Shown piece by piece: positions 63,559 through 64,000 of a stretch of 64,000 nucleotides of DNA. Below the pieces are notes generated by a model, which searched no databases, was not told the origin of the DNA, and saw only the letters and a program-made list of their open reading frames with translations. A program made the translations under genes and the position numbers. The stretch comes from Chlorokybus atmophyticus (taxonomy: Eukaryota > Plantae > Mesostigma and Chlorokybus algae): contig RHPI01000026.1 of NCBI GenBank assembly GCA_009103225.1, positions 939,103 through 1,003,102 on the forward strand. Reading direction: 5' to 3'. Position 1 is the first letter of the stretch. Each line of letters begins with the position of its first letter.

Positions 63559-64000
63559 CACTGCTTTTAAGAATCCGCGTGCGAGTGTACAGAAGGCTTC
63601 TGGCATATTTCCTGCATGCAAGTGGTTGAGCGGATTGCACTGCACAAGTCGATGACGCTCAATACTGATATACTCACACGCTTACGTTTTAGCATGTGTG
63701 TGACAGTGCAATAGGTTGCAAGCTATGCCCTTTCCAGCTGCCTCCCTTTTTGCATCTTACACAGGGAAAATCTCGCAGCATGTCAGCATTGTACATGCTG
63801 ATGAGTTTGGCAACCTCGTAACCTCATAACTGTGAAACCCCTATGTTGCTTGGCATCGCAGTTACTCTGTTCGTGCAACTATGAGAGCTCTCACAGTTTC
63901 ATTACTATTGGAGAAAAGGACAATACACCCAAACCCTGTCTGGGCTTGTTCTGGTTCGTTTGCCTAATCGCAGGCTTGGTCAGTCAATCATGCTACTTCT

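Overview
Intron-rich eukaryotic nuclear DNA from the green lineage. Class II TPS, a DUO3-like gene, FNT and plastid-type genes suggest an alga, possibly an early streptophyte (inference). It has two assembly gaps. The right half (29-64 kb) is compact and intact: GATB, class II TPS, menA, an FCP1-like HAD protein, CDK5RAP1/miaB, prefoldin 5, a cyanobacterial-type membrane protein, a formate/nitrite transporter, an acyl-CoA synthetase, RPB8 and a DUO3/GON4L-like Myb protein. The first ten form five consecutive head-to-head pairs. The left end holds an NPF-repeat (SCAMP-like) gene start and an MSP1-type AAA ATPase. Between 7 and 29 kb lies a rearranged accessory region. It has five decayed GATB copies in both orientations, interleaved with decayed copies of an unknown multi-exon gene ('gene X'), together forming an ~8-kb imperfect palindrome. 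It also has two long, nearly perfect hairpins (182-bp and 64-bp arms), a ~470-nt foldback island, a Vps62-like/PAN pseudogene and a dead Penelope-like retroelement. The best candidate for an undescribed system is a duplication-born dsRNA/small-RNA locus aimed at gene X and GATB. All exon boundaries were placed by hand; similarities were judged by eye and no database searches were run.
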